A stretch of 41,430 nucleotides of DNA, from assembly GCA_964402495.1 (NCBI GenBank), contig CAYODB010000005.1, forward strand, positions 1 to 41,430, written 5' to 3'. Shown here piece by piece: positions 17,346-26,637 of the stretch (its first letter is position 1; each line of letters begins with the position of its first letter). Made by a program: the position numbers and the translations under genes. Origin of the DNA: an uncultured Bordetella sp. GTDB lineage: Bacteria; Pseudomonadota; Gammaproteobacteria; Burkholderiales; JACQAP01. Below the pieces are notes generated by a model. The model searched no databases and was not told the DNA's origin. It saw nothing but the letters and a program-made list of their open reading frames with translations.

Positions 17346-17623
17346 GCGCCCGGGGGTGCGGCGATCCAGACGGCCGGGCGAGCGGAGCCATCGTCCTCTC
17401 CCCCGGTCGTGCCGACTGCCTGCCCTTGTCCGGGGCGGGTCTGGTTTCGGATCATTCTAGGAAGCTTTTGCGGGTCCGGCCAGAGAGAAACTACGGGCCC
17501 CGGACCAGTTAATAATCTGCGGAGGGTGACTTTTGACTTACTTTTCCCGCGCCTAGGCCGCCTGTGAGCGGCATTTAGCCCGAGCCGCTGAACAGGCTTG
17601 AAACCTCATTTAGTTCAATCTAC

Positions 17624-17639
17624 TATAACAACTGTTATA
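17624..17639 (+). promoter_or_regulatory. Palindromic candidate operator of the phd/doc operon
   Basis: Perfect inverted repeat TATAACA-AC-TGTTATA lies 17 nt upstream of the antitoxin ATG. GGAG is at 17647-17650. Confidence 0.5.
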
Positions 17640-17655
17640 ACGCCTTGGAGCACCT

Positions 17656-17880
17656 ATGTTTACCCTCAAACTCACCCAGATCGGCAATTCGGTTGGTGTC
17701 ATCCTGCCCAAGGAAGTGCTGGCGAGACTTAAGCTCGAAAAAGGCGACGAGGTCTACATTACCGAGTCGCCCGACGGCTATCGCATCACCCCACACAGTT
17801 CCGATTTCGAGGAGCAGATGAAAGTCGCGCGCGAAATCATGAAGGAACGGCGAGCGGTGTTGCGAGAGTTGGCAAAATGA
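17656..17880 (+). CDS. AbrB/MazE/SpoVT-type antitoxin (Phd-like partner of Doc)
   Basis: Track ORF of 74 aa. LTQIGNSVGVILPKEVLARL is a SpoVT/AbrB swapped-hairpin motif. It has a 4-nt ATGA overlap with doc. Confidence 0.85.
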   Translation: MFTLKLTQIGNSVGVILPKEVLARLKLEKGDEVYITESPDGYRITPHSSDFEEQMKVAREIMKERRAVLRELAK

Positions 17881-18263
17881 CGGAATGGGTCTGGATCGAT
17901 CCGGCGGTCGTTCTCGCGGTACATGAAGATCAACTGGCGGAGCACGGCGGCGGCACCGGTGTTCGAGATATGGGATTGCTGGAATCCGCACTTGCACGTC
18001 CAAGGAATCTGGTGGCCTACGGTGAGCCTGATTTCGCCGATCTCGCTGCATCGTATGGTTTTGGGCTCGCGTGCAACCATCCGTTCGTGGATGGAAACAA
18101 GCGGACGGCATTCGTCAGCGCAGAACTATTTCTTCAACTGAACGGCCACCGGCTCGTTGCGGACGATGCGGCCTCCGTGCTGACCATGCTCGCGGTCGCG
18201 TCCGGGGAACTGGACGAGGCCGGCTTCGCCGCATGGTTGCGCCAACATTGCGTCAAGCGCTGA
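17877..18263 (+). CDS. doc: Death-on-curing (Doc) toxin, Fic fold
   Basis: Track ORF of 128 aa with the Fic/Doc motif HPFVDGNKRTA. Confidence 0.9.
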   Translation: MTEWVWIDPAVVLAVHEDQLAEHGGGTGVRDMGLLESALARPRNLVAYGEPDFADLAASYGFGLACNHPFVDGNKRTAFVSAELFLQLNGHRLVADDAASVLTMLAVASGELDEAGFAAWLRQHCVKR

Positions 18264-18278
18264 CGCACGTCGCTTTCC

Positions 18279-19430
18279 TCAGCGCAGCGGCCGGAAGAAC
18301 TCCCGCACCTCGTGCGCCAGCAACTCCGGTTGCTCAAGCGCCGCAAAATGCCCGCCTTTGGGCATTTTCGTCCAGCGGCGGATGTCGCCGTACATCTTCT
18401 CGGCGAGCGAGCGCGTCGGGCGCAGGATCTCCTTCGGGAATTCCGCATAGCCCATCGGCACGTTGATGACCGCACCGTCGGGTATCGGCCAGGGCCCATG
18501 CATGCGCGCGTAGTAGGGCCAGAACGACGAACCGATCGCACCGGTCACCCAGTACAACATGATGTTGGTCAGCATCGCGTCCTTGCCGATGTAGCCGTCG
18601 AGGTCGCCCTTGTGGTCGCTCCAGGTGTGGAATTTCTCCACGATCCACGCGGCCAGGCCGACAGGGGAATCAGTCAGCGCATAGGCCAGCGTTTGCGGCT
18701 TGGTGCCCTGGATCCAGGTGTAGCCCACTTCCTCTTTCATCCAGTGCGCCCGTTCCTCGAAGTAGCGTTTTTCGTCGTCAGTCGGTTTCTCGGGCAAAGG
18801 CGTGTCGCGGCGCAGGCTGAGGAGGTTAAGGTGAATGCCGGCCAGGCGATCGGGATAAGAGTACGCGAGCCTGGAAGTCACAAATCCGCCCCAGTCACCA
18901 CCCTGCGCGGCGAAGCGCTTGAAACCAAGCACCCCGGTCATCAGTTCCGCGAACAGGTCGGCGATCTGCTGCACCGAAAAACGCTGGCCGGGCGTATACG
19001 AGAACGTGTATCCAGGCAGGGACGGGGCGATCACCGTGAACGCATCCGCCGCGTTGCCGCCAAAGCGGGCGGGATCGGTCAGCATCGGGATGATCTTGTG
19101 GAACTCGTGCACCGACCCCGGCCAGCCATGCGAGAGCAGCAGCGGCATCGGCGTTGGGCCCTTGCCCTCGACACGGATGTAATGCACATCGGTCCCCGCG
19201 AACTTCACCTTGTAGTGGTCGAAGGTGTTGATGTGCGCTTCGTGCTTGCGCCAGTCGTATTTGTCGCGCCAGTAGTCGGTCAGCGTTTTCATGTAAGCGA
19301 GGTCGACGCCCACCTTCCACGGTTCACCGGACACTTCGTCGGGCCAGCGCACGCGGGAAAGCCGCTGCTTCAGGTCGGTGAGCTGTTCGTCGCCGACGTG
19401 CAGCTTGAATGGAATCGGGGCGATGCTCAT
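18279..19430 (-). CDS. Epoxide hydrolase (microsomal-type, N-terminal EHN domain plus alpha/beta fold)
   Basis: Track ORF of 383 aa. FKLHVGDEQLTDLKQRLSRVRWPDE... and HGWPGSVHEF are typical of this family. Confidence 0.85.
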   Translation of the reverse strand: MSIAPIPFKLHVGDEQLTDLKQRLSRVRWPDEVSGEPWKVGVDLAYMKTLTDYWRDKYDWRKHEAHINTFDHYKVKFAGTDVHYIRVEGKGPTPMPLLLSHGWPGSVHEFHKIIPMLTDPARFGGNAADAFTVIAPSLPGYTFSYTPGQRFSVQQIADLFAELMTGVLGFKRFAAQGGDWGGFVTSRLAYSYPDRLAGIHLNLLSLRRDTPLPEKPTDDEKRYFEERAHWMKEEVGYTWIQGTKPQTLAYALTDSPVGLAAWIVEKFHTWSDHKGDLDGYIGKDAMLTNIMLYWVTGAIGSSFWPYYARMHGPWPIPDGAVINVPMGYAEFPKEILRPTRSLAEKMYGDIRRWTKMPKGGHFAALEQPELLAHEVREFFRPLR

Positions 19431-19548
19431 GAATCCTCCGGAAAATTTTTAATCGAAGCGCCATTGTCGGCACGGATGCGACAGGCGTCCAATATATTGC
19501 CGCAGGCGGATTGATAGCCTTCAGGAATTAAAACCAAGTCCAACCCAC

Positions 19549-19744
19549 TAACCACAAAGGCGCGAAGACGCAAAGGGGGCGCAAAGAAAATCAATGACAA
19601 GGTAAGAGGCAGCAAACACGCCGCTGGATTATCGAGGTGTCAACTCCAGGAATTCGCGGACCGAGATCCTTATCTGGGCCATCGGGCGCCTCTATCTCTC
19701 GTTTTCCTTTGCGCGTCCTTTGCGTCTTCGCGCCATTGCGGTTA
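19549..19744. repeat. Inverted-repeat cassette 6 (9-nt GCGCAAAGG/GCGAAGA units, no cargo)
   Basis: Arm 19549-19590 is TAACCACAAAGGCGCGAAGACGCAAAGGGGGCGCAAAGAAAA. The reverse complement of arm 19702-19744 is TAACCGCAATGGCGCGAAGACGCAAAGGACGCGCAAAGGAAAA. The spacer is about 110 bp. Confidence 0.85.
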
Positions 19745-19754
19745 AGGGTCAGTC

Positions 19755-20372
19755 CTACCTGGCGACGTCGTCGCAAGTCGACTGGTGCGCCGAGTACCCT
19801 ACCCGCACCGGGCTGCCGACGATCACCAGGAAATTCTTCTGGATCGCATAGGCTTCCTGCTCGCGGTGGTACCAGCGCGAACAGGGCTTCATGTCGGCGT
19901 GTTGGTTGTTGAGGTCCTGCAGGTAGTGGACGAGTTCATGCAGCAGCACCGAACGGTCGAACAGACGGATTTCCGGCTTCAGCTTCTCATCGAGAAAGAT
20001 GCCCTCGCCGGGCCGGTAAATCGCGAGCGCGGCGCAGGGCCCACCGCAGACCAGATTCTGCAGTTCCGAGGACGGCAGACGATGCAGTTTCGGAAGCGTG
20101 GACGGGCGTGGATACTTGGACAATTGATCCAGCGCGGAAAGAAGTGCGGGCAGCAACTGCGCGTCCGTCATCGGATTGGTGTCGCCGAGCGATTGGTCGA
20201 AGCGCGTGGGGCTGTCGTTCTGGTAGGTGCCATACATGCCCGGAGAGGGGCTGCGATCGGCGGCAGCCTGCTTCTCCGCTGCCGACACCGGTGCGGAACA
20301 CCCCATGCAGAGAAGCGCGCCGCAAAGGAATGCGCGAAGTCCGGACCAGCGCGAACAAACCTGGGCGCTCAT
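19755..20372 (-). CDS. Secreted/lipoprotein of unknown function with HExxH motif
   Basis: Track ORF 19755..20432. I place the start at ATG 20372, giving signal peptide MSAQVCSRWSGLRAFLCGALLCMGCS. The motif LLHELVHYLQD lies in the C-terminal half. Confidence 0.65.
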   Translation of the reverse strand: MSAQVCSRWSGLRAFLCGALLCMGCSAPVSAAEKQAAADRSPSPGMYGTYQNDSPTRFDQSLGDTNPMTDAQLLPALLSALDQLSKYPRPSTLPKLHRLPSSELQNLVCGGPCAALAIYRPGEGIFLDEKLKPEIRLFDRSVLLHELVHYLQDLNNQHADMKPCSRWYHREQEAYAIQKNFLVIVGSPVRVGYSAHQSTCDDVAR

Positions 20373-20475
20373 GATCCAGCTACAAGTTGCTGCTTCTCTT
20401 CGTTCGGCATCGCCGTCGGTTTTGTGGAGCACGATTGGACCACTGCGGACGCCGGGCGCCGCTGCGTCTGACCGG

Positions 20476-21369
20476 TCAGGTCGACTTCTCGCCCGGCCTG
20501 GCAGGTCTGGCGTTTCCTGGCACCGGTTCTGCAGGCACAGCCGGCCGCGTCAGACTTTCAATGGTCGCGGCTCTTTCCTTTGCACGCGCAAGTTGTTCCG
20601 GACTAAGGCCGGCCGTCAGCTTTTCCAGATCGGCTTTATTCTGTTTCGCTTCCGCGGCATCTTCCGGCGGGTAGCGCATGTCGGCGACGCTGAACCACGC
20701 GAAGGCTTCCACCGCGTCGGCGTCGAGGCCCCGGCCTTCTGCGTGCATGGCCCCGATGCTGTGCATTGCGGAGGCATAACCCTTGTCGGCCGATTTGCGG
20801 AACCAGGCCAGCGCTTCGCCCAGATCGCGGCTGACGCCCTTGCCTGCTTCATGGAGCAGGCCGACGTTGTACATCGCCATGGGCTCGCCCTGTTCGGCCG
20901 CACTCTGGTACCAGGTCATGGCCATGCCGAGGTCCGTGCCGACGCCGTGGCCGTTTTCGTAGAGATCGCCGACGCTGTTCATCGCCCAGGCATTACCCAG
21001 GAAAGCCGACTGGTGCCACCAGTCGAACGCCTGCTTGAAATCCTTCTCGACACCGTCGCCGTTCGCGTACAGCAGGCCGATGTTGTTCATGGCGACTGTA
21101 TAGCCGTGCTTCGCCGCCTCCTTCCACCAGCGCAACGCCTCGTCATAGCTCTGTTTGCCGTCGTGGCCCTTGGCCCACAGCAGCGCCAGGTTGTTCATGG
21201 CCCGCACGTCCCCCTGCTGGAGCAAATCGGCAAGCAGAGCCGGGTCCAGCATGTCCTTTCCGGGGGTGAGGTTGGTAAAGGTTTCTTCCTGCTCCAGCGC
21301 CCAGCATGCGGTGGAAACCAGGAGCAGCGCGGTAAGTATTGCGGAACGAAGTTGCATAGGAGCCCTCAT
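20476..21369 (-). CDS. Sel1-repeat (TPR-like) secreted protein
   Basis: Track ORF of 297 aa with a signal peptide. At least 5 Sel1-type repeats are present (AMNNLALLWAKG, AMNNIGLLYANG, AMNSVGDLYENG, AMYNVGLLHEAG, AMHSIGAMHAEG). The start may be ATG 21357. Confidence 0.85.
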   Translation of the reverse strand: MRAPMQLRSAILTALLLVSTACWALEQEETFTNLTPGKDMLDPALLADLLQQGDVRAMNNLALLWAKGHDGKQSYDEALRWWKEAAKHGYTVAMNNIGLLYANGDGVEKDFKQAFDWWHQSAFLGNAWAMNSVGDLYENGHGVGTDLGMAMTWYQSAAEQGEPMAMYNVGLLHEAGKGVSRDLGEALAWFRKSADKGYASAMHSIGAMHAEGRGLDADAVEAFAWFSVADMRYPPEDAAEAKQNKADLEKLTAGLSPEQLARAKERAATIESLTRPAVPAEPVPGNARPARPGEKST

Positions 21370-21407
21370 TTGCGTCTACCCAATAGACCGTGACGCCGCA
21401 TGGTGGT

Positions 21408-22274
21408 TCAGCCCTGTTGCAGGAAGGGAATCATGTCCCGCATCAGGGCGTCCGGCACTTCCTCGGGGATGAAATGCCCGCAAGGCAGCGCATGGCCGCG
21501 CACGTCCTTCGCTTTCTCCCGCCAGGTGGCGAGCACGTCGAACAACGTATGCATCTTGCCGTATTCCCCCCAGATCGCCAACAGCGGACACGACAGTTTC
21601 TTGCCGAGGTCGCGTTCGTCATCGGCGAGATCCGTAGTGGCAGCGGCCCGGTAGTCCTCGAGTCCGGCCCGGATGGTGCCCGGCAGCGTGAATGCGCGCA
21701 GGTATTCCCGGAACATCGGCTCCTCGATCGCATCCTGGCGATAGCACAGGGCGCGAAACATGCTGCGCAGGAACGGTTCGGCGCTGTTGGCGAGCATGAT
21801 CTCAGGGAGGTCTGGCACCTGAAAGAAGAACCAGTGCCAGTAAGCCGCAGCAAGATCCTTTCCGGCATCGCGGAATACCGTATGGGTCGGCACGATGTCC
21901 AGCACCGTCAGACTCTTCACCGCGTCGGGATAGTCCACCGCCAACCGATGGGCTACCCGCGCACCGCGATCGTGTCCGACGAGCGCAAAGCGCTCAAAAC
22001 CCAGCGCCGCCATGGTTTCCTTCACGTCCTTCGCCATGCTGCGCTTGTCGTAGCCGTCTCTCGGCTTGTCGGAATCGCCGTAGCCGCGCAGGTCGGGGCA
22101 CACCACCGCGAAGCGGTTGAGCAGCGGCGGGGCGACTTTGCGCCACATCTGCGCGGTCTGCGGATAGCCATGAAGCAGCACCACGGGATCTCCCTCGCCA
22201 CCGACCCACGCGTTGACGCGGATTCCGTTGGCACGGATGGTCTGCTGCTGCATGCCGGGCATGAAATCGCTCAT
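21408..22274 (-). CDS. Alpha/beta hydrolase, haloacetate-dehalogenase/epoxide-hydrolase-like
   Basis: Track ORF of 288 aa. It has HGYPQT, the GHDRGARV nucleophile region and WHWFFF, as in the haloacetate dehalogenase H-1 group. Confidence 0.8.
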   Translation of the reverse strand: MSDFMPGMQQQTIRANGIRVNAWVGGEGDPVVLLHGYPQTAQMWRKVAPPLLNRFAVVCPDLRGYGDSDKPRDGYDKRSMAKDVKETMAALGFERFALVGHDRGARVAHRLAVDYPDAVKSLTVLDIVPTHTVFRDAGKDLAAAYWHWFFFQVPDLPEIMLANSAEPFLRSMFRALCYRQDAIEEPMFREYLRAFTLPGTIRAGLEDYRAAATTDLADDERDLGKKLSCPLLAIWGEYGKMHTLFDVLATWREKAKDVRGHALPCGHFIPEEVPDALMRDMIPFLQQG

Positions 22275-22296
22275 CTAAAACCTTTCTACAGCAAGC

Positions 22297-22512
22297 GCTC
22301 ACCGCAGAGGACGCGGAGGACGCAGAGGAATGACAAGGGCGAGGAAGAAACTGGAATCAATTGCGGGCGCGGATAATCGCGGCTTTACATGGCCAATATA
22401 CATCGACGTGGGCAGCAGGTTCATCAACTCGCCAGGCAATCCCTTGTCGCTGTTTCTCTCTTTGGGTTTCCTCTGCGTCCTCCGCGTCCTCCGCGTCCTC
22501 TGCGGTGAGAGC
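22297..22512. repeat. Inverted-repeat cassette 7 (9-nt ACGCRGAGG units, no cargo)
   Basis: Arm 22297-22330 is GCTCACCGCAGAGGACGCGGAGGACGCAGAGGAA. Arm 22468-22512 is its reverse complement with one extra unit (4 versus 3). The spacer is 137 bp. Confidence 0.88.
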
Positions 22513-22518
22513 GTTGGC

Positions 22519-23712
22519 TTATCTGTCGAGATACTTGCGCAGGCGCTCGACACCCTCTTCCAGAACCGGAATCGGTTTCGGGTAGGAAAACCGCACATGC
22601 TGTTTCGCCTCGTGGGTGCCGAAATCGATGCCGGGGGCGATGGCGACGCCGGCGTTTTCCAGCAGGTCCCAGCAGAACTTGTAGCTGTCGTCGGTGAGGC
22701 GCTCGCAGTTCGCATAGATGTAAAAGGCGCCTTCCGGCGTGACCGGAATGTCGAAACCGAGACTGCGCAGGGCTGGCAGCAGGAAATCGCGCTGTGCCTT
22801 GAAACCGTCGCGCCGCTGTTCCAGCAATGCCAGCGTGTCCGGATGGAAGGCCGCGAGCGCGGCTTTCTGCGCCAGGTCGGAGGGCGATATGAACAGGTTC
22901 TGCGCCAGCTTGTCGAGCGGCGGCACGTACTGCTCCGGCGCCACCATCCAGCCGAGGCGCCAGCCGGTCATTCCGAAGTATTTGGAAAAGCTGTTGATGA
23001 TGAACACATCGTCGGCGAACTCCAGGGCGCTGCGATCGCGCTTGCCGTAAGTCAATCCGTGATAGATCTCGTCGACGATCAGCACGCCACCGCGCGCACG
23101 GGTGACGGCATGGATGCGTTCGAGCTCGTCGTGATCGATCAGTGTGCCGGTGGGATTCGACGGCGAAGCGATCAGTACGGCCGCGGTCCTTTCCGTCCAG
23201 TGTTTCTCGACCAGCGCGGCGGTGAGCTGGTAGGCCGTTGAGGCGCCGACCGGGATGCCGACGGCTTCGCCCTCCATGGTGCGCACGAAATGACGGTTGC
23301 ACGGATAGCCGGGATCAGCCATCAGCACCTGGCTGCCCGGCGACAGCAGCGTACCCATGGTGAGAAGCAGCGCGCCGGAGGATCCCGTCGTGACGGCGAT
23401 GCGCGAGCGCGGCACGTCCACGCCGTAACGCATGCGGTAAAAGCCGGAGATTGCATCGCGCAGTTCGGCGATGCCGAGCGATGGTGTGTAGCCGATGCGC
23501 CCGCCCTGGATGGCGCGGATGCCGGCTTCTGCGATCAGCGGCGGCACGGGAGCGTCGGGTTCGCCCACCACCATGCTGGAAATCGTGCGTCCGGCCGCTT
23601 CCAGTTCCTTGGCGCGATTGATCAGTACCACGACGTGGAACGGTTCGATTTCCCCCATGCGTGAGGCGAGTTGCACCGTCGGGCGGCGGGGGAGTATCTC
23701 TGGTCGGTTCAT
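22519..23712 (-). CDS. Class I/II PLP-dependent aminotransferase
   Basis: Track ORF of 397 aa. It has SPSNPTG and the SFSKYFGMTGWRLG PLP-lysine motif. Confidence 0.88.
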   Translation of the reverse strand: MNRPEILPRRPTVQLASRMGEIEPFHVVVLINRAKELEAAGRTISSMVVGEPDAPVPPLIAEAGIRAIQGGRIGYTPSLGIAELRDAISGFYRMRYGVDVPRSRIAVTTGSSGALLLTMGTLLSPGSQVLMADPGYPCNRHFVRTMEGEAVGIPVGASTAYQLTAALVEKHWTERTAAVLIASPSNPTGTLIDHDELERIHAVTRARGGVLIVDEIYHGLTYGKRDRSALEFADDVFIINSFSKYFGMTGWRLGWMVAPEQYVPPLDKLAQNLFISPSDLAQKAALAAFHPDTLALLEQRRDGFKAQRDFLLPALRSLGFDIPVTPEGAFYIYANCERLTDDSYKFCWDLLENAGVAIAPGIDFGTHEAKQHVRFSYPKPIPVLEEGVERLRKYLDR

Positions 23713-23880
23713 TCAAGGACCTCGGTCGTAAAGCAGGCAACAGCAACGGCACAGCGATGCAGCAGGGTGAATTTTATGCTGCTCAACCGCCTCACAGCAA
23801 CGCGCCGGTTCAAAAATCCGCAGCGACCGACTAACATATCGGTCCTTTCATGAACTCCAACAAGATGGGAATACCGAAAC

Positions 23881-24816
23881 ATGAAGATTGCAATCATCGG
23901 CAGCGGCGGCGTCGGCGGCTATTTCGGCGCCCGGCTCGCGGCCAGCGGACAGGATGTCACCTTCGTTGCGCGGGGCGCGCACCTCGAAGCGATGCAGAAA
24001 AAAGGATTAAAGGTGTTGAGTGCGCTCGGCGACCTGCATTTACCGGAAGTGAGGGCTACCAGCGACACCACGATTGTCGGGCCGGTCGACGTCATCATGA
24101 TCGGCGTCAAGCTCTGGGCTACCGAGGAAGCCGCTGCGACCGCCAAACCGATGATCGGCCCGAACACGGTCGCCGTATCGTTTCAGAACGGCGTGGTCGC
24201 CGTCGATACGCTGCTGCCGATTCTGGGCATGGAACATGTGATGGGCGGCGTCGCCAACATCGCGGCGCTAATCGAAGAGCCTGGCGTCATCCGCCACAAT
24301 GGCAATATGGCGAACCTGTTCTTCGGCGAACTCGACGGCAAACCCTCTCCCAGATCCCAGGCATTGCAGGTGGCCTGCAAGATTGCCAACGTTCAGTCCG
24401 AAATCGTCACCGATATCAACAAGACCATCTGGGAAAAATTCGTTCGCCTGGTTACGCTATCGGCCCTGACCTCGCTGACGCGGATGCCGATCGGACCGAT
24501 CCGGGCCGACGCCGATACGCGGGCGCTGATGCAGCAGGTGATGGAAGAAGTGGTGACGATCGGAAAAGCCAGGGGCGTGAAATTCGATGAGGGCCTCGTC
24601 ACCGACCAGATGTCCAAAGTCGACACCTACCCGGCCACCATGGTGGCGTCGATGTGCGGCGACCTGCGTCGCGGCAACCGCCTGGAGCTGCCTTGGCTCT
24701 CGGGCATGGTCGCGAAGTTCGGCAAGGAGCTCGGCATTCCCACACCAGCCAACCAGTTTGTCTACGCCGCGCTCAAGCTCCACGCCAACGGCCGGCCGGC
24801 CGAGGCTCAAGTTTAA
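23881..24816 (+). CDS. Ketopantoate reductase family (ApbA/PanE) oxidoreductase
   Basis: Track ORF of 311 aa. MKIAIIGSGGVGGYFGARLA is the Rossmann N-terminus, and the layout is ApbA-like. Confidence 0.82.
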   Translation: MKIAIIGSGGVGGYFGARLAASGQDVTFVARGAHLEAMQKKGLKVLSALGDLHLPEVRATSDTTIVGPVDVIMIGVKLWATEEAAATAKPMIGPNTVAVSFQNGVVAVDTLLPILGMEHVMGGVANIAALIEEPGVIRHNGNMANLFFGELDGKPSPRSQALQVACKIANVQSEIVTDINKTIWEKFVRLVTLSALTSLTRMPIGPIRADADTRALMQQVMEEVVTIGKARGVKFDEGLVTDQMSKVDTYPATMVASMCGDLRRGNRLELPWLSGMVAKFGKELGIPTPANQFVYAALKLHANGRPAEAQV

Positions 24817-24825
24817 GGCAACACC

Positions 24826-25004
24826 CAACGCAGAGGCGCGGAGGGCGCAAAGGACGCAGAGGAAAAACAAAAATGGAACCAGGTGCGCGTATGTCAAATG
24901 GAAGCGGTGCCAACGGTTGCTATGGGCGCGTGACTTTGCTATCCAACCTTCTCTCTTTTTCTTGCTTTCTCCGCGTCCTTTGCGTCCTCCGCGCCTCTGC
25001 GTTG
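24826..25004. repeat. Inverted-repeat cassette 8 (mixed GCAGAGG/GCAAAGG 9-nt units, no cargo)
   Basis: Arm 24826-24865 is CAACGCAGAGGCGCGGAGGGCGCAAAGGACGCAGAGGAAA. The reverse complement of arm 24966-25004 is CAACGCAGAGGCGCGGAGGACGCAAAGGACGCGGAGAAA. The spacer is about 100 bp. Confidence 0.88.
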
Positions 25005-25027
25005 AGATTTAACTTTTGGAGGTATCA

Positions 25028-26116
25028 ATGAAACTGACAATAAAAAACATCCGGGCACGCGCCGTGCAGGTGCCGTTGAAGCGCCCGCCGCGGTCCGCGT
25101 CCGGTGAGATTCCCAATGCGGCGCTGGTGCTGATCGACCTCGAAACCAACGAAGGCATCACCGGCAGCAGTTATCTGTTTGCGTTCATGCGCAGCATGCT
25201 CAAGCCCACGGTGGCCATGGTCGAAGCGCTGGCGGAGATGATCAACGGCGATGCGCTCGTTCCGTTCGAGATCGAAGCGAAGCTGCGCAAACGTCTGACA
25301 CTGCAGGATTCCCACGGCATCGCCGGCCAGGTTATCGCGGGCATCGACATGGCGGCGTGGGATGCTTATGCCAAGGGGCTCGGCGTGCCGCTGGTTCGCG
25401 CGCTGGGCGGCGAGGTCAAGCCGGTGCGGGCCTATAACAGTTGCGGACTGTGGATCAAGGATCCGGCTTTGCTCGCTGACGAGGCCTCACAATTGATCGT
25501 CGAGGGCGGCTACACGGCGGTGAAACTGCGTATCGGCCGGCCGAATTTCAAGGAGGATCTTGCCGCCGTACGCAACGTGAAGAAGCGCATCGGCGACGAT
25601 GTTATGCTGATGACCGACTTCAACCAGAGCCTGTCGGTAAACGAAGCCGTCCGCCGCGGACAAGCGCTCGACGACGAGGGCCTGTACTGGATTGAAGAAC
25701 CGATCCGCCATGACAACTATGCCGGCTGCGCGAAAATCGCCGCCGAAGTAATGACGCCGATCCAGATCGGCGAGAATCTGCTCAACACGGCAGAAATGCA
25801 GAAGGCGATAGACGCGGAGGCGGCCGAGTATTACATGCCCGATGTACAGCGCATCGGCGGGGTCACCGGCTGGATGCGGGCGGCGGCCATCGCGCAGGTT
25901 CACAACCTCGACCTGTCCAGTCACCTGTTCCCGGAATTCAGCGCGCACCTTCTGGCGGTCACCCCGACCTGCCACTGGCTCGAATATATGGACTGGGCCA
26001 ATGCCATCCTGGAGCAGCCGTTCGAGGTCAAGAACGGCTATCTGTCCATCCCAGATCGTCCGGGTGCGGGCATCGCCTGGAACGAGGAGGCGGTCAGGAA
26101 ATACCTCGCCGCGTAA
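25028..26116 (+). CDS. Mandelate racemase/muconate lactonizing enzyme family (enolase superfamily)
   Basis: The track ORF starts at TTG 25016. ATG 25028 with GGAGG upstream is more likely. It has KLRIG, DFNQ and YWIEEP metal-ligand blocks. Confidence 0.85.
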   Translation: MKLTIKNIRARAVQVPLKRPPRSASGEIPNAALVLIDLETNEGITGSSYLFAFMRSMLKPTVAMVEALAEMINGDALVPFEIEAKLRKRLTLQDSHGIAGQVIAGIDMAAWDAYAKGLGVPLVRALGGEVKPVRAYNSCGLWIKDPALLADEASQLIVEGGYTAVKLRIGRPNFKEDLAAVRNVKKRIGDDVMLMTDFNQSLSVNEAVRRGQALDDEGLYWIEEPIRHDNYAGCAKIAAEVMTPIQIGENLLNTAEMQKAIDAEAAEYYMPDVQRIGGVTGWMRAAAIAQVHNLDLSSHLFPEFSAHLLAVTPTCHWLEYMDWANAILEQPFEVKNGYLSIPDRPGAGIAWNEEAVRKYLAA

Positions 26117-26637
26117 AGGTTCGCTGCGATGCAATACTACGGTGACAGGTTTTCGCCGCCGGTTCCGCATCAACAGGGCTGCCAATGTTGCATCACAGCA
26201 GTCCGGCAGCACGGCGCTTTGCGGTCAAGATTTCGCGTCTTCCTTGCGTAAGTCCTCGCCGGTCGATCGCACGGATGGCCGAACATCGGAAATCCAGTTA
26301 CGATCAAAAACTAAGTGCGCTTTGCTTTAACTCATGTTAAGTCTTGCCCGTTCCTCCGTTCCGAGTGATGTGAGCGCGAATGGCTTCTCGACGCGCCGCA
26401 GCATTCGAACATTTCCCTGGCGAGTATTGGGGCCATTCGCTGAAGTTTGTCCCAGACAAGGAAAACCACCGACATAAAAACCCGCTTGGCAAAAGTGGCC
26501 GGGCCTTATGACTTTTCGCATCTGACACTTGTATCCACTCCGATGCCAAGAGTAGTCTTGCAAACACAAACTGTAGCGTGCGCATGAACAAGACACGCAA
26601 CGAGATCTGAAGCCCAAACAGACAGCACGGAGGAGCG

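Noticed and set aside
4106-24885. An ATG shortly after the last arm unit in most cassettes, as if empty cassettes keep a start codon
   Set aside because: The spacing from the SD-like unit varies from 1 to 17 nt, and the resulting ORFs are a few codons long or simply run into the opposite arm. Only cassette 2 is convincing.
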